Positions 25,037-36,437 of a stretch of DNA of 36,437 nucleotides are shown in pieces. The notes beneath the pieces were generated by a model. It worked only from the letters and a program-made list of their open reading frames with translations, did no database searches and was not told where the DNA came from. Made by a program: the position numbers and the translations under genes. Every line of letters begins with the position of its first letter. The stretch's first letter is position 1. The stretch is from contig JYFJ02003904.1 in NCBI GenBank assembly GCA_000934665.2, positions 1 through 36,437 of the forward strand, in the 5' to 3' direction. This DNA is from Catajapyx aquilonaris (lineage: Eukaryota).

Positions 25037-26057
25037 GTTAGGATTCACATGTCAACAAACACTTCTTGGTACAGTGGGTTCAGATCAGCCGCCACCGCTG
25101 GACGCAGTATGACGGCACATTCCAGCCGCCACGTAGAGAGCACACACTGCAGCAAAAAGGAACTCGCGGATCGAAGCCTATCAATCGCCGGATGGTCACC
25201 GTTTCCTGCGTCGATCTCCCTCCCTCCTGTAATAATAACAAACGGATGGCCGCCCCCCTCAACCCTTGTCCAGCAGATGGGGCGTGTAATAAAGGTTCGC
25301 TCGTGCGTGTGTCCCTTCTTCTTGTGCTGGCGATGCTGGCGGCGTCGGTGGCGTCGGCAGCGTCGTTGTTGGTGGTAGTGGCGGTGGGGGATTGGACCTG
25401 CGCAGGGTGATCCCGCAGGCCAAAACCTTTGGAGCCAACCCCCTGTGCGCCCCGCGGTATGGAGGCCAGGAGCGACAGAGAGCAGGGAGATCCAGGCGCC
25501 AACCGTTCCTCAATGGACGGTTCTCCATCAATGGCCTGGCCCACCCCAGTCCACAATCATGCGCACACAAACATATCTCTTCGCATTGACTTACATAACC
25601 AACCGCTCCAGTACCAGTGTTGCACGATCATCCTCCAGCAACACTCTGGAAACATGGCCGCCATTCATCATGGATGTCGCATGATTAACACAATCTGACC
25701 AATGGATTTACGATTATGAATAAGGTGTGATATGATCAAATGTTTCGTTGGATATTAATTATGTAGAAATATTTGATTTTTACCTGCGTGGATTTGGCCT
25801 TCATTTGCTGGGGGAAAAAGGACTCCCTATATCCATATGTATTTTCCAGCAATGATGTTCATTACTCCTAGAGCTACCCATATAAGTTGCGATGCTAAAT
25901 GTGCGGCCTTGATCAGGCTGGCCTTAGTTGCCTTTGCTGCTCCCGCTAAACCAAACTAAGCCCGCATGATTTGGCACCTGCAAGTCAATTCTCATCAGAG
26001 TCGGAATTTTAATAAGCAGTATTTCCAGCTGATATAGCTTCACACGCAGCTAATGTA

Positions 26058-26197
26058 CAATGGGGCTCAAATGGTTTTGGCCACTTTATCCTGGTCTTGA
26101 AGCAACCCTTCTCACAGGCCCCATGGTGAGGAAGTGTGTGTGTGAAGGGTTGCTTCAAGCCCAGGATAAAGTGGCCAAAACAATTTGAGTCCCATTG
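26058..26197. mobile_element. Tc1/mariner-type palindromic MITE with TA target-site duplication
   Basis: TA|CAATGGGGCTCAAATGGTTTTGGCCACTTTATCCTGGTCTTGAAGCAACCCTTC ... GAAGGGTTGCTTCAAGCCCAGGATAAAGTGGCCAAAACAATTTGAGTCCCATTG|TA; ~54-bp inverted arms with 3 mismatches. Confidence 0.85.
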
Positions 26198-27605
26198 TAC
26201 AGTACTGTAAGCAACTAGATCTCTTGGAAGTACTTCCACTATCTCTGAGCAGAGGGTGCTTGGGTGCTCTTTGGTACTGCCATCTACAAATAGCCTTCTA
26301 CACCTAGCACATAACTACCCCCATATTAGACACAAGGAATATAAAATGCGGAAGGCAAACCACCGTCCACGCAATGCACTACTGGATCATTATTGTTCAT
26401 AACCATCCACCAATCCAATGCGAGATCCAAGCCAACGATTCATTACAGCCCACCTCCATAACCGTCCATAACATATGTCCCCTCTGGCTCTCTGCAGTCA
26501 TAATTGCATATCACTGGGACGACATAGACCAGATCACTACTAGTCTAAACTACAACTACTGCAATAAGCTGAATTTGAAGGATATTTGAAGAAATAATCC
26601 GACTTTATTTCATGATAATAAGTGAACAGTTTCTCCCTCCATACACTGAATTTAACATTGTCGTAATCATATTTTTACAAATGGATACACAAGTTCAAGT
26701 GGTGGTTGCCGAAGTGAGGGAACATTGCTTAAAAGTGGATTGATATGAGTGAGGCACAGTTTCAATAACATGATAGTAATATTGCCAATTTCTTTCGTCG
26801 AAGTTCTATAGTCAGAAAATTTACAAGTACCTTCAAAATTAAGAGGACCCCAGAATATGCACAAAACAGTTCAATAACGATCACTAAAGGGCTGCAACTG
26901 ATAAACTCAAGTTTAAACACCACACACTGCCAACCAAATATTATTGGGTAGATCCAAAGTGGCCTATTACCTTTATTACTACCTCGGAGCTAAAAGAGAC
27001 AGCAACATAAATTATCAAATACAAGCTGGATAGGAGAGCTTGAGGAGATGTACAAAATAAAGCATAATGATTCACATAAATTAAACCTAGACCATAATTA
27101 TTCAAACCATATATATGTAAAAGGAACTATTAAGACACATAATTATGTAATGTGGGTTACAAGGTGTTCTTATACAAAACTGAAATTCTATCACAAGATC
27201 TCACCACCTACTTACTGTGCAAAACAACATTAATAAATTGGTCAGCAAAGTGGAAAGTACCAATGGCCAGTGTGAAGCCAAGAAGTGACTGTGCAGATAA
27301 GACAAATAAGGTCTGATTTATAGCTTAATTTGCACAATGGTGTTTTTGGGCCCCACAGTGACAAGACTTTAGCTGCATTATATTAAGCCAAAAAATAAAA
27401 GAAAAAAGATAGAGATGATTTTGAATTTAATTATTTTGTCTGATATAGCAGGCAGCATGTACAAAGAGCAGAAATATAACACACACAAACGTTGGGGGTT
27501 GGTCGAGGGGTTTGAGGCAATCATTTTATGGATGTTGGTTAACGCAGCCTAGTTAATGAGTTAATTAGCTTTAGAGTTCATTATAGCATCTTATAGGCCT
27601 ATGAA

Positions 27606-27864
27606 GGGGGACACAGTGGCGGAGTGGTTAGTGCCACAGCCTTCCACCTCTAAGGTCCAGAGCTCGATCCCCAGATTGGACAAGAGGATACTAATGTGGA
27701 TAGAGTTTCGATGGGTTCTCTCCATGTTCGTGTGGGTTTTCTCGGGGTTCTCCCATTTCCTCCCACCATCAAAATCCATCACAGCAAAAAAGATGTTCCC
27801 CCTAAAAAGCTCAAGGAGGTTTATCACAGGGTATCCATTTATTATTATTATTATTATTATTATT
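27606..27864 (+). mobile_element. tRNA-derived SINE with V-SINE-like core, copy 1, (ATT)n tail
   Basis: A box TGGCGGAGTGG (27618-27628), degenerate B box GAGCTCGATCCC (~27660), core GTGTGGGTTTTCTCGGGGTTCTCCCATTTCCTCCCAC, (ATT)n tail. Aligns by eye with 28273-28445 and 36010-36182. Confidence 0.85.
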
Positions 27865-27901
27865 AGAGGCCTATGATTCTTCAATAGTTGGCTACACCTA
27901 A

Positions 27902-28085
27902 AGGCCCAAACACACAGGCCGTTGACGGTTTTGGTTTTTGGTCGCGTTGACGCCGTAGACCAATCATGGCTCTCAAGTAAACAAGCTGTAAACAATGGTT
28001 GCGCTTGTTTACATGAGTCATGATTGGTTCGCAGCTTCAACGCGACCAAAAACCAAAACCGTCGACGGCCTGTGTGTATGGGCCT
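27902..28085. mobile_element. PIF/Harbinger (Tourist-like) palindromic MITE with TAA target-site duplication
   Basis: TAA|AGGCCCAAACACACAGGCCGTTGACGGTTTTGGTTTTTGGTCGCGTTGA ... TCAACGCGACCAAAAACCAAAACCGTCGACGGCCTGTGTGTATGGGCCT|TAA; nearly the whole 184 bp is self-complementary. Confidence 0.88.
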
Positions 28086-28272
28086 TAATGGGATCTTCTC
28101 ATTGATTTGCATGGTAACAACTACTTTAAATGGAAAAGGCAAGGTCATGCAGAGGGAGGCATACCTGCCAGGATATTCTCTATCTTGTGTTTTTAGTCCA
28201 TCATCTTGGCAACTAGCATGCTCAGACCAAATACACCCATAATCATAATGACTGCCTAGAACCCCCTCTGCA

Positions 28273-28445
28273 GGGCCTCAGTGGTGTAACGGTTAATGCC
28301 ATAGCCTTACACCTCGGAGGTAGTACATATGATCCCTGGATCAGACATTGGATTCTCGAGTGGAATGAGTTTTGAGAGGGTGTCTTTGTCTTCACGTGGT
28401 TTTCTCTGGGTTCTCCTGTTTCATCTTACAGTCCAAAAAATATCT
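28273..28445 (+). mobile_element. tRNA-derived SINE with V-SINE-like core, copy 2 (degenerate)
   Basis: AGTGGTGTAACGGTTAATGCCATAGCCTTACACCTC...GTGGTTTTCTCTGGGTTCTCCTGTTTC...CAGTCCAAAAA, homologous to copies 1 and 3. Confidence 0.75.
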
Positions 28446-30006
28446 TCTCCTCACTCGCCATTATAGCAGGTAACCTTAATTGCTTCGCCCCTCCCCCAGT
28501 CAGTCAATTATGAACCAACCAACCAACCAAAAACCTCTCTCTCTTCCACCCAAGTTTGTGCACATTACTTTTCTGCACCCTGTAGAGGAGAGCAATAGCA
28601 TGACAACAGGTCAGCAGCCCAGGCATGGTTGTGCGTCAATTTTTGTGCTGTTTATAAAAAATTCCCATAATGGAGTTGACTCCAGTTCATATCCAGAAGG
28701 TATCTGTTCAAAACATCATTAGGCAGAGTGGTATGGGACAAACTATCACACTTGAGATAAACTTGAAAACAAAGTGATCCCAAGACAAAATTGAGCCAAC
28801 TTCAAGTCATTTGGAGGGAACCAAGTAAGTTGTGTGAGATGCAAAACTGGCTGCAACTTATGGCTGTCTTAATATGCAGTTTAAAACATGTACTTTTGAG
28901 TCCTTATCTTGTGAGGAATCAAAGTGATTGCTGGTCATGTAAAAACTGTACAGGCTGCCTACTCCCAAGAATGGAGCCATTCACTTGCCAAATGGGATTG
29001 GGTTAGTTACCATTGTAACGCCCACAGTTCCACTGCGCCTGAAGTAAATAGACCATGCCTGCTGTCAATTTTCTTTTTCTGAGCCCGTCATTTTCCATGC
29101 TATAACACCAAACTTCCGAAACTGTGGACAGTGTGTGTACACTAAACACCAACAACATTCAAAAGTATTATTACTGCAACTATAATATCAAATCTGCATG
29201 TCAACCCAGTAAATCAAAACTACAGCAATAAGGAAGTAAAATCAAAGCATTCCCTTTGTGCCCCAGTTTCTTGCCTTGCCATGAAAATCTATTGACCTTG
29301 AGCTTGCACACTTGCCAAAACTGAACCACCAGGTGGCCTACGGCCCAAATAAGTACAAAACATCACTCATTAGTGGTTCCTCCGTATACAGTATGCAAAG
29401 AATAACACTCATTACAATGTCTTACTCCATTAACACAAACTGTAACAATCAAAACTGAGCAAATTGTAAATTTTAAGATATAGAATTAAACACCACCATA
29501 CATAAAACACAACATAAACACAAGGTCCATTTTTGGTCCCTAAACATGGATGTAACATATACGTTGATCTTGCTAGTATAACAACATGTGCAAGGAATCT
29601 AACTAAGATTTCTGATTGGAACTGTAGCCTCCATCATAAACTGGTGAATAACTTGCTTTGGCCACACAAAAAATATATGTGCATCTCACTCTTGTTTCTG
29701 GAAAATGAAGAAACCCATTGAAATTTACAAGGGAATAATTTGATTACTTCCTACACTGGTTTTGATTTTCAAGGTCCTACTTGTAACTCTTTTTGGCATC
29801 ACAATGACCACCCATCCACTCTTGCATCCCGGAAACCTCATAAACTCATCAAATAAAAACAAACAAGTTTGTCACGTCAGCCTGATTGAGTTCTGTAGTA
29901 AAGTACCGACTTGCAACAGTCACTTTTAAGACTTCCCCTCACGTGGGCCAATCCTGTACACGGAAGTTAAAACAGAAAAATGCAGTGTGTCAATCATACA
30001 CTGATT

Positions 30007-33000
30007 TCACGTTGGTATAGATTTGACTGGGATTCCACCTGCTTGCTTGATCTTCATGCGGCCCCCTGGATGCTGAACTACGTTAAACATTGAACTTCCC
30101 CCTCCCATATTGCTACCTTCATCCTGTTGCATTTCAGCTGCCGCCCCATTGGCCACACTATTGTTCCAGGGATTCTGTTCAGTGGCTAGTGACCGCACAC
30201 TGCATATCATAGGCTCAAACTCTTCATCCTCCTTGTCAGCCTCCACAGGCACCGGTGGAGGAGCTCTCGTCAGAGGTGGGGGTAGAGGTAAATGCTTTGG
30301 TGGGCTAGATTCAGGGATTGGTGGAGGGGCTGCCTGCGTGGGTTCACATGCCTTTATCCTGTTGTGCACACTGTGCATATATTGCGTCACTGGGCGGGGA
30401 CAGTTTGGTGACACTACCAGCTGCCCAGCTCTCCAATACTTCTCCAAGAGCAGCAAGTGACGGATAAAACTCGAGTGGTTACCGTAAGGGTACTGAAGTC
30501 GCTGCCAGAGTTTCCGGGTCTTCTTATCAAACTGGATGCAAGCATTCATCTTGAACCACTCTGAGTTGGTATTGGACCAGTGCGGAAGATATGAAGGTGC
30601 TGAGGATGCTCCTACTGCTGAAGACGACGATGACGACGGGACATATGATGATGGGGGCACATCCTGTACAAAAGCACGCAAATTCAGGTTACGCTCCTCT
30701 TTCAGAACATGCTTTCCATGCCGTTTCTTCTTCTTCTTGGTACTTCCTCTAATTGATGTTTCCCCTTGTGAATGGACCCGACTTGTGGGCATCAGCACCT
30801 TCAGCCCTCCTTCAGTTCTCTTTATATTAAGGCCATGGTCAGGAGAGGCTGAGCTGGGGAGTAGTCGGTGAGAGGGGCGTTGAAGGGAGCGGGGGAGTGG
30901 ACTTGGACGATTGAGATGGGAGTGGGTGGGGACAGGTGGTGGGGGCAGGTGCACAGCATGTGAGAAGCTGCCACTCTGTTCATCATCATCGTCATCATCA
31001 TCTTCTTCTTCTTCTTCGTCTTCTTCAGATGAGTCATCTTCGCTAGTTTTTTCCTCCTCCTCCTTTTCTTCATCGGCTTCTGTTACTTGGGAGTTAATCT
31101 CACGCTCCTCATCCTTTATCTCCACATTCAGGTAGTAAGCCAGCCTGATGAAAATGGCAAAATATTGAGACATGTGAAATAGTGACTTTGTTAGGGAATT
31201 ACTAAATGCAACTGGAATGGACGAACAGTGCTAAATTTTGTAATGGCACGGCCATATGACATGCAATGGTTATATCCCATTCAAATGATGAAGGGGATGA
31301 GAGATAGGAAATATGAATGTACAGCCAGTCCCTGACTTAGAACCTTCAACAAACATTCAGACTTACACGAAAATTTCCAAAATGGGTAAAAATTTATGAC
31401 TGAACAAACTGATAATATAAAAAGCTGTCAACTGTGAATATGTTAACTTGTATCTCCAGGCAATTCAAACCTGCCTGCCTAGACTCCCTTCCTCCTTCAG
31501 TTAACAAGTCGCAGGTATTTCCAACCCACTTTCGGATTCTCAGGTAATCCTCCCTGCTCACAATGGGATCAATCAAATAATTATGACTGTGACTCCACCA
31601 TGTACAAAGTCAAGAACAATTTACTGTATAATGAAAAACATGTTCCAATTTAAATAAGTCACAGGGACTGGCTGTATTATTTGTACAAGATATAAATTTC
31701 ACAGGCAGGTTCACAATGATGCATCTGCTGGACCAAAGCAAAAACAAACTAGGCAGCATCAACATAAGCTACAATAGTGAACCTGACTTACTTCTGCCTG
31801 TAGCTTCGACAGAACTTCCTTTGCTTCCCATTCCTGATACTGGACACCCGGTCATGCTTGACCCGGATGGAGCAGAAGGTACGGCACAACCTGCACAACC
31901 GCTCATTCTCACTCAACCTCACAATGATTCCATCTGCCTGAAGAATAGCCCTCACCTCCTGCACTTCAGGTCCCAGACTTTGCATTGGGGGGTGATGAGG
32001 GGGCTTCTTTCCGCACAATGCACAAGTTTCCAAACGTTCCAAGAGCGTCTGGTGTCCTGCACAGATTGGCACTGCACCCTGCCAACCTGTAACACTCTTG
32101 AGGATGTCTGCTCTCAGCTCTAGTTTGTGAGCTGCCAATGGACGACGAAACCGGTTCAGGCGTCGCTTGCATACGGTGTGAGTGGCTGGGGCAGAGCAGC
32201 CAACCATTACACACGCACCACCCACCTCTTGACTTTCTGTGGTATTTGGACCTCGCCGCCGATATATAATTCCTGTGGTCTTGCGGGCCAGACACCGGAA
32301 ACATGCCTCACAGATACACGAGTCCAGTGCAAGTCCGGCTACCTGCTGAGCAAATAATTGCACGTCCTCTCCTTTGAGTTGTGCCACATGCATGGGTGTG
32401 TCAAAAAGGCCAAACTTCCCTAGGCAATATGTGCATATCACATTGCACACACGGTCAGGATGGAATGCAAATGACACACTTCGTTCAGGGATCACCAAAT
32501 CAGGACGAGTTGGAGTTGTTGCTGAGTTTGCTCCTGGCGCGGCAATGTTGGCCACTTCACTGCTCCTAACCAAGTTGAGCCCATCCAGCATCCTGTCAAG
32601 TTTCTGCTCTGGGCTGTCCTTCTCTGGAGAACCTCGTGATTTAGGAACCTTTTTGGTCACCCTTGATCTTGAAAAGTGTGACGGAGACACAAAATCGCCC
32701 GACTTTCCCTTTGGCTGAACTCCGTGAACCAAGTACATGTGGGATTGCAGCATCCGCCAGCTCTTGTACTCTTTGCCACACCATGAACAAGTGAAGTCAG
32801 CTGCACAGGTATGGGGCGGAAGGGGTACAAGGGGTGGCTGGGAGGGCCGTGGAGGATCATCAGAGGACGGACCAGGAGGTGACAACTCAAATTCGGCGGC
32901 TCCGGTGATGGAGTTCTGTTTGAGCTTCAGCTTGAGTGGGAGAATATTGGTTTTCTGCTTTTTGGGAACACGAATCACTGTCTTCAGAGAGCAAGTCTTC

Positions 33001-34775
33001 TGAGTGCCCTCTCGCACAGAAGGCACTTCTGGTTTGTTCATGGACACTTTTATATCATCTTTTGAGATGTTCACCTCACTTTTTACCTCATCAACAACTT
33101 TCGAAACTTCTTCTTCACTTTTCACTTCTTCATTTTGTTTACTCAATGCCTCATAACATTTCGCTTCCAAAATTTCTGCTTTTGACATTTCCACATCACC
33201 TTTGACCCCTTCCACGTCGCTAGTGAAGCCTTCAATGTCAACTATTGCCTCTTCTGGGTCCCCAGTCATCTCCTCGGCAACAGATGTGTCTCCACCACCA
33301 TCCAGTGTTCCTTCTGCATCTCTCGCTCCTTCTGCATCTCTCGCTCCTTCTGCATCTCTCGCTCCTTCTGCATCTCTCGCTCCTTCTGCATCTCTCGCTC
33401 CTTCTGCATCTCTCGCTCCTTCTGCATCTCTCGCTCCTTCTGAATCTCTCGCTCCTTCTGAATCTCTCGCTCCTTCGCCTTCTCTCGCTCCTTCTAAATC
33501 TCTCACTGCTTCTGCATCTCCTGCTTCTTCTTTCTTGTCACCTTCTGACTCTTTTTTTGTAATGTCTTTTGGCATTTCTTCATTGGCAGTTCCTGTGGCA
33601 GTGATGTTCACATTATCCTTGCCACTGACACATGGTCCAGCGTCACAAGTTATGCATGTCTCGCCACCTTTTTTGTCAGTTGCCTGGCCTTTCTCACTTG
33701 AAATGCCACTCTCACTGACCTCATTGTAAGTCGGAGGATCTTCAGTTTCAGCCTTCTCTGCCTCTTGATCACCCTTCCTTTCAATCACGGAACTTATCGG
33801 CTTCATTGCTTCTACCTGCAGGTCCCCATCAAGCTTTGGCATTGACTCTTTTTTCAGGTCACAAGGCACATTTTGGTTTTCTAGTTCACTCACTACTTCC
33901 CCATCCCTTTCCTTTTCTCCATCTACACCAATCTCCTTTTCTTTTGTTAATGGAGAAACTCCAGGTAAGTCTATCTTATCTCCAGAAGTATCCTTTTCCT
34001 CACCTACTGCAGCCAAATCCTCACCACTCACCTCTGCAGAAGCCTCCTCCTCCTCCTCCATCTTGGAATTGTTATTGTTGTCCTCATCTGCTTCAGTCTT
34101 GTCACTCACTTCTTTTGATTTGTCTAATTCCACACCTTCTGCCCCCATCAGTCCTTCACTCTCCTCCAGTATTGCAGCATTCCCCTCCTTGACACTCACA
34201 TCACTTTTGACAGCTGGAGTGTCCGTTTCAACTACCTGAGGTATTTCTGTACTCTCAACACTTTCCAGATCCAATTTAGAGTCTAACACTGAGTCCTCCT
34301 CAACAACTTGCTCAACTTCCTCTCCACCTTCCATTTCCTTCCCACCTTCCATTTCCTCCCCACCTCCCACGAGTTCCTCCTTGATTTTTTTGACCGGTAA
34401 AGAAATCCTCTTGTTCCCAACTGGTCGGCTATTTGGTGATCGTTTCCTCTTACGACCAGCTGGTGAGGTTGGCAAACCATTATTCTTGCGTTCTTCTTTC
34501 TGCCTCTGAGGGGACGTCATTCGCAGACTGGCAGGCATCGAATGGTGACGTTTATGCATGCCTCGAGATTTCTTTGGGGTTGTCTTGCTGGACATAACCT
34601 GGATGGCCGCCTGTTTCGCCTTCCTAGAGCGGAGCATAAGACTGGCCACCCGGTCACTATTCCGCCTCACTGGCAATGAGGGCTTCCTCCCTTCTTGCTT
34701 CTTGCTGCTGCCAGTGTTGCCTCCCTGTCCTTTTGATGGTGTCCCAGGCTCCCCCTTGGACCCCCGACCTCGCAT
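30007..34775 (-). CDS. east: Large nuclear protein with a C2H2 finger and Cys-rich zinc clusters, EAST (enhanced adult sensory threshold)-like, about 1370 aa
   Basis: Exon 34790-31792 (acceptor TAG|GTG, first ATG 34775, donor AA|GTAAGT) joins in phase to exon 31144-30007. Contains a basic NLS-rich N-terminus, an acidic region, C2H2 CSWC...HMYLVH, CTYCLGKFGLFDTPMHVAQLK...DSCICEACFR, further CxxC pairs, and LWQRLQYPYGNHSSFIRHLLLLEKYWRAG, which I recall as typical of insect EAST family proteins (from memory, not searched). The coding status is strong; the family call is moderate. A possible upstream coding mini-exon is 35721-35701 (MDLLWAS|GTAAGG). Confidence 0.65.
33310..33525 (-). repeat. Coding 18-bp minisatellite, 12 units, encoding (GARDAE)n
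   Basis: Unit CCTTCTGCATCTCTCGCT: 7 identical copies (33310-33435), then 5 variant copies. Confidence 0.95.
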
Positions 34776-36009
34776 CTTCAGTGTCCTCACCTAGCAGAAG
34801 CAAAGGCATTCCCATCATTAGTCCCATGGCAAACTTATAATCACACATCATGCAACTAACAGATCCCTTCAGGGTAGTAACTTGTCAAAACCGTCATCCT
34901 CGGCATTCTGATGTGTTCCTAATTTCACTGCTTCACTAAATCTAGTAAAAAATCTAGTCACATATGGTCCGAACACTGCTTTTCAGCTGAATTTACAAGC
35001 AGAACTGCCATATGTTTGCCTGTTCTCATGCTACTTGGTACTAGCATTGAATGAATTATCAAATATGACGCTAGGAATCCAAGGTCTGGCTTTTATTGAT
35101 TAATCATTGCTGCCCCAGTTCTGCTTACAATGGAAACTTCCAACCGAACATTTTAATCTGTTACTGTCTCAAAAATTACAGAAAATATTTATACAAAATA
35201 TTTACATACACTACATATTTTACTGCCTTGAAATTAGGCATACAACATTAAAATTTATGGTGGGTACACTAATAAGTGCTGTCACAACAGACAAAACCAG
35301 GTGGCATATATCCAGTGTTCTAGAAACTACACTGCCAGATGTGCAGCAATATGGGCTACCATCACATCCATGAGCATCAATGCAATTTTTCAATAACTAG
35401 TCCTATTTGTCATCAATGCAACAAGTGTTCTAAATACTGTACCCCATCATTCAAAGACGAAGCCTTCCAACTGCTTAGCTCTGAGAGTTACAACTGGTCA
35501 GCCAATTTCGTTCTGCAACAAAATTACTTACATCACAAATCATTCTGAATAAGAAAATAAAATAAAATAAAAAACTACCCAAACACTTCACCACACCATC
35601 TGAGAGTCCTTCATGGAAGTAAGGCAAAACACATAACTACTGCTGGTTTGAAAATTTGTGGCAACATGCTCTAATCTAATGCCATTGTCCAAAACCTTAC
35701 ACTGGCCCACAAGAGATCCATAATGCTACACTTGAATATAAGTGCACCTATAGGACACACTCCACACACTCATTACAAAGATTGGTGCATTATCATGGGC
35801 ATGCAATAGCCGGGGTGTTACCCACTTTAGTTCTGTACAAGGAGTTCACGCATGGGATTTTTTTGTGACAACTACAACTGTAGCAACTAGCTAGAGCATA
35901 CACTTTCTCATTACATGGTTAAGGATCATTCAAGTACTACTTGACAGGTTGATTGGGGGGAGTCAAAGCAGCCAGGGCTATCTGGCGTAGGGGAGGGTGA
36001 GAGGGGAAG

Positions 36010-36182
36010 TGAGATTTTTGGACTGTGGGAGGAAATAAAAGAACACAAAAAACCCATGCACACATGGACAGAACCTTTCTAAACTCTTTCCACATCAGAC
36101 TCCTCTGCCTGACCTGAGGATTGAATTCAGAACCTCAGAGGTGGAAGGCTGTAATGTTAGCCACTACACTACCAGGCCGCCC
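36010..36182 (-). mobile_element. tRNA-derived SINE with V-SINE-like core, copy 3
   Basis: Reverse complement reads GTAGTGTAGTGGCTAACATTACAGCCTTCCACCTCTGAGG...GATGTGGAAAGAGTTT...TTTCCTCCCACAGTCCAAAAATC, sharing CAGCCTTCCACCTCT and TTTCCTCCCAC with copy 1. Confidence 0.8.
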
Positions 36183-36373
36183 TACAAGTACTGACTTGCT
36201 GCTTTAACCCTTATCAACAGGTTTTTATGGGTGATTTTTGACACTTCTTTGAACTTGGAGACCCAAGGTCCCTGAAGTACCAGTATAAAAAATTGTGCAA
36301 ACTTCTCTCTGGGGGTCCCATGTGTACAGGCTACCCTACATGAATGACTTCACAATTTCACACAGTTGTTTAA

Positions 36374-36437
36374 CCCTTAACTACGTAGGTGGAGCCTGAG
36401 AGGCTCCAAGCACTATTTAAACGCATGTAACTTTTTC
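36374..36437. mobile_element. Possible piggyBac-type MITE terminus, truncated by the window edge
   Basis: TTAA|CCCTT start followed by the subterminal palindrome GGAGCCT-GAG-AGGCTCC; the other end is not visible. A second TTAACCCTT occurs at 36204. Confidence 0.4.

Noticed and set aside
33310..33525. Regular direct repeats as a CRISPR array
   Set aside because: Head-to-tail 18-mers without spacers, in frame within a eukaryotic exon; no cas genes.

Overview
Eukaryotic, intron-containing DNA, most likely from an arthropod-like invertebrate (inferred from protein motifs and many 57-170 nt introns). There are no prokaryotic features. Five genes can be reconstructed by hand from GT-AG junctions with consistent reading phases: (1) the 5' end of MSL3 (minus strand, runs off the left edge), head-to-head with (2) a complete 6-exon Ku70/XRCC6 (+, about 629 aa); (3) a complete 5-exon single-domain hexokinase (-, about 454 aa), convergent with Ku70; (4) a 10-coding-exon synaptotagmin-14/16-like gene (-, about 575 aa, 11427-25036); (5) a large zinc-finger/Cys-cluster nuclear protein resembling Drosophila EAST (-, about 1370 aa). 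Non-coding DNA holds tRNA-derived SINEs (three copies with a V-SINE-like core), palindromic MITEs, a nested MITE/Helentron-like composite and microsatellites. The most interesting leads are a spliced in-frame 167-aa N-terminal extension of MSL3, a 25-nt Syt14 micro-exon that is in frame only if mutually exclusive with its neighbour, a near-perfect 27-bp intronic hairpin, and a possible SINE-donated polyA signal. I found no clear-cut novel multi-gene system; all leads need transcript evidence.
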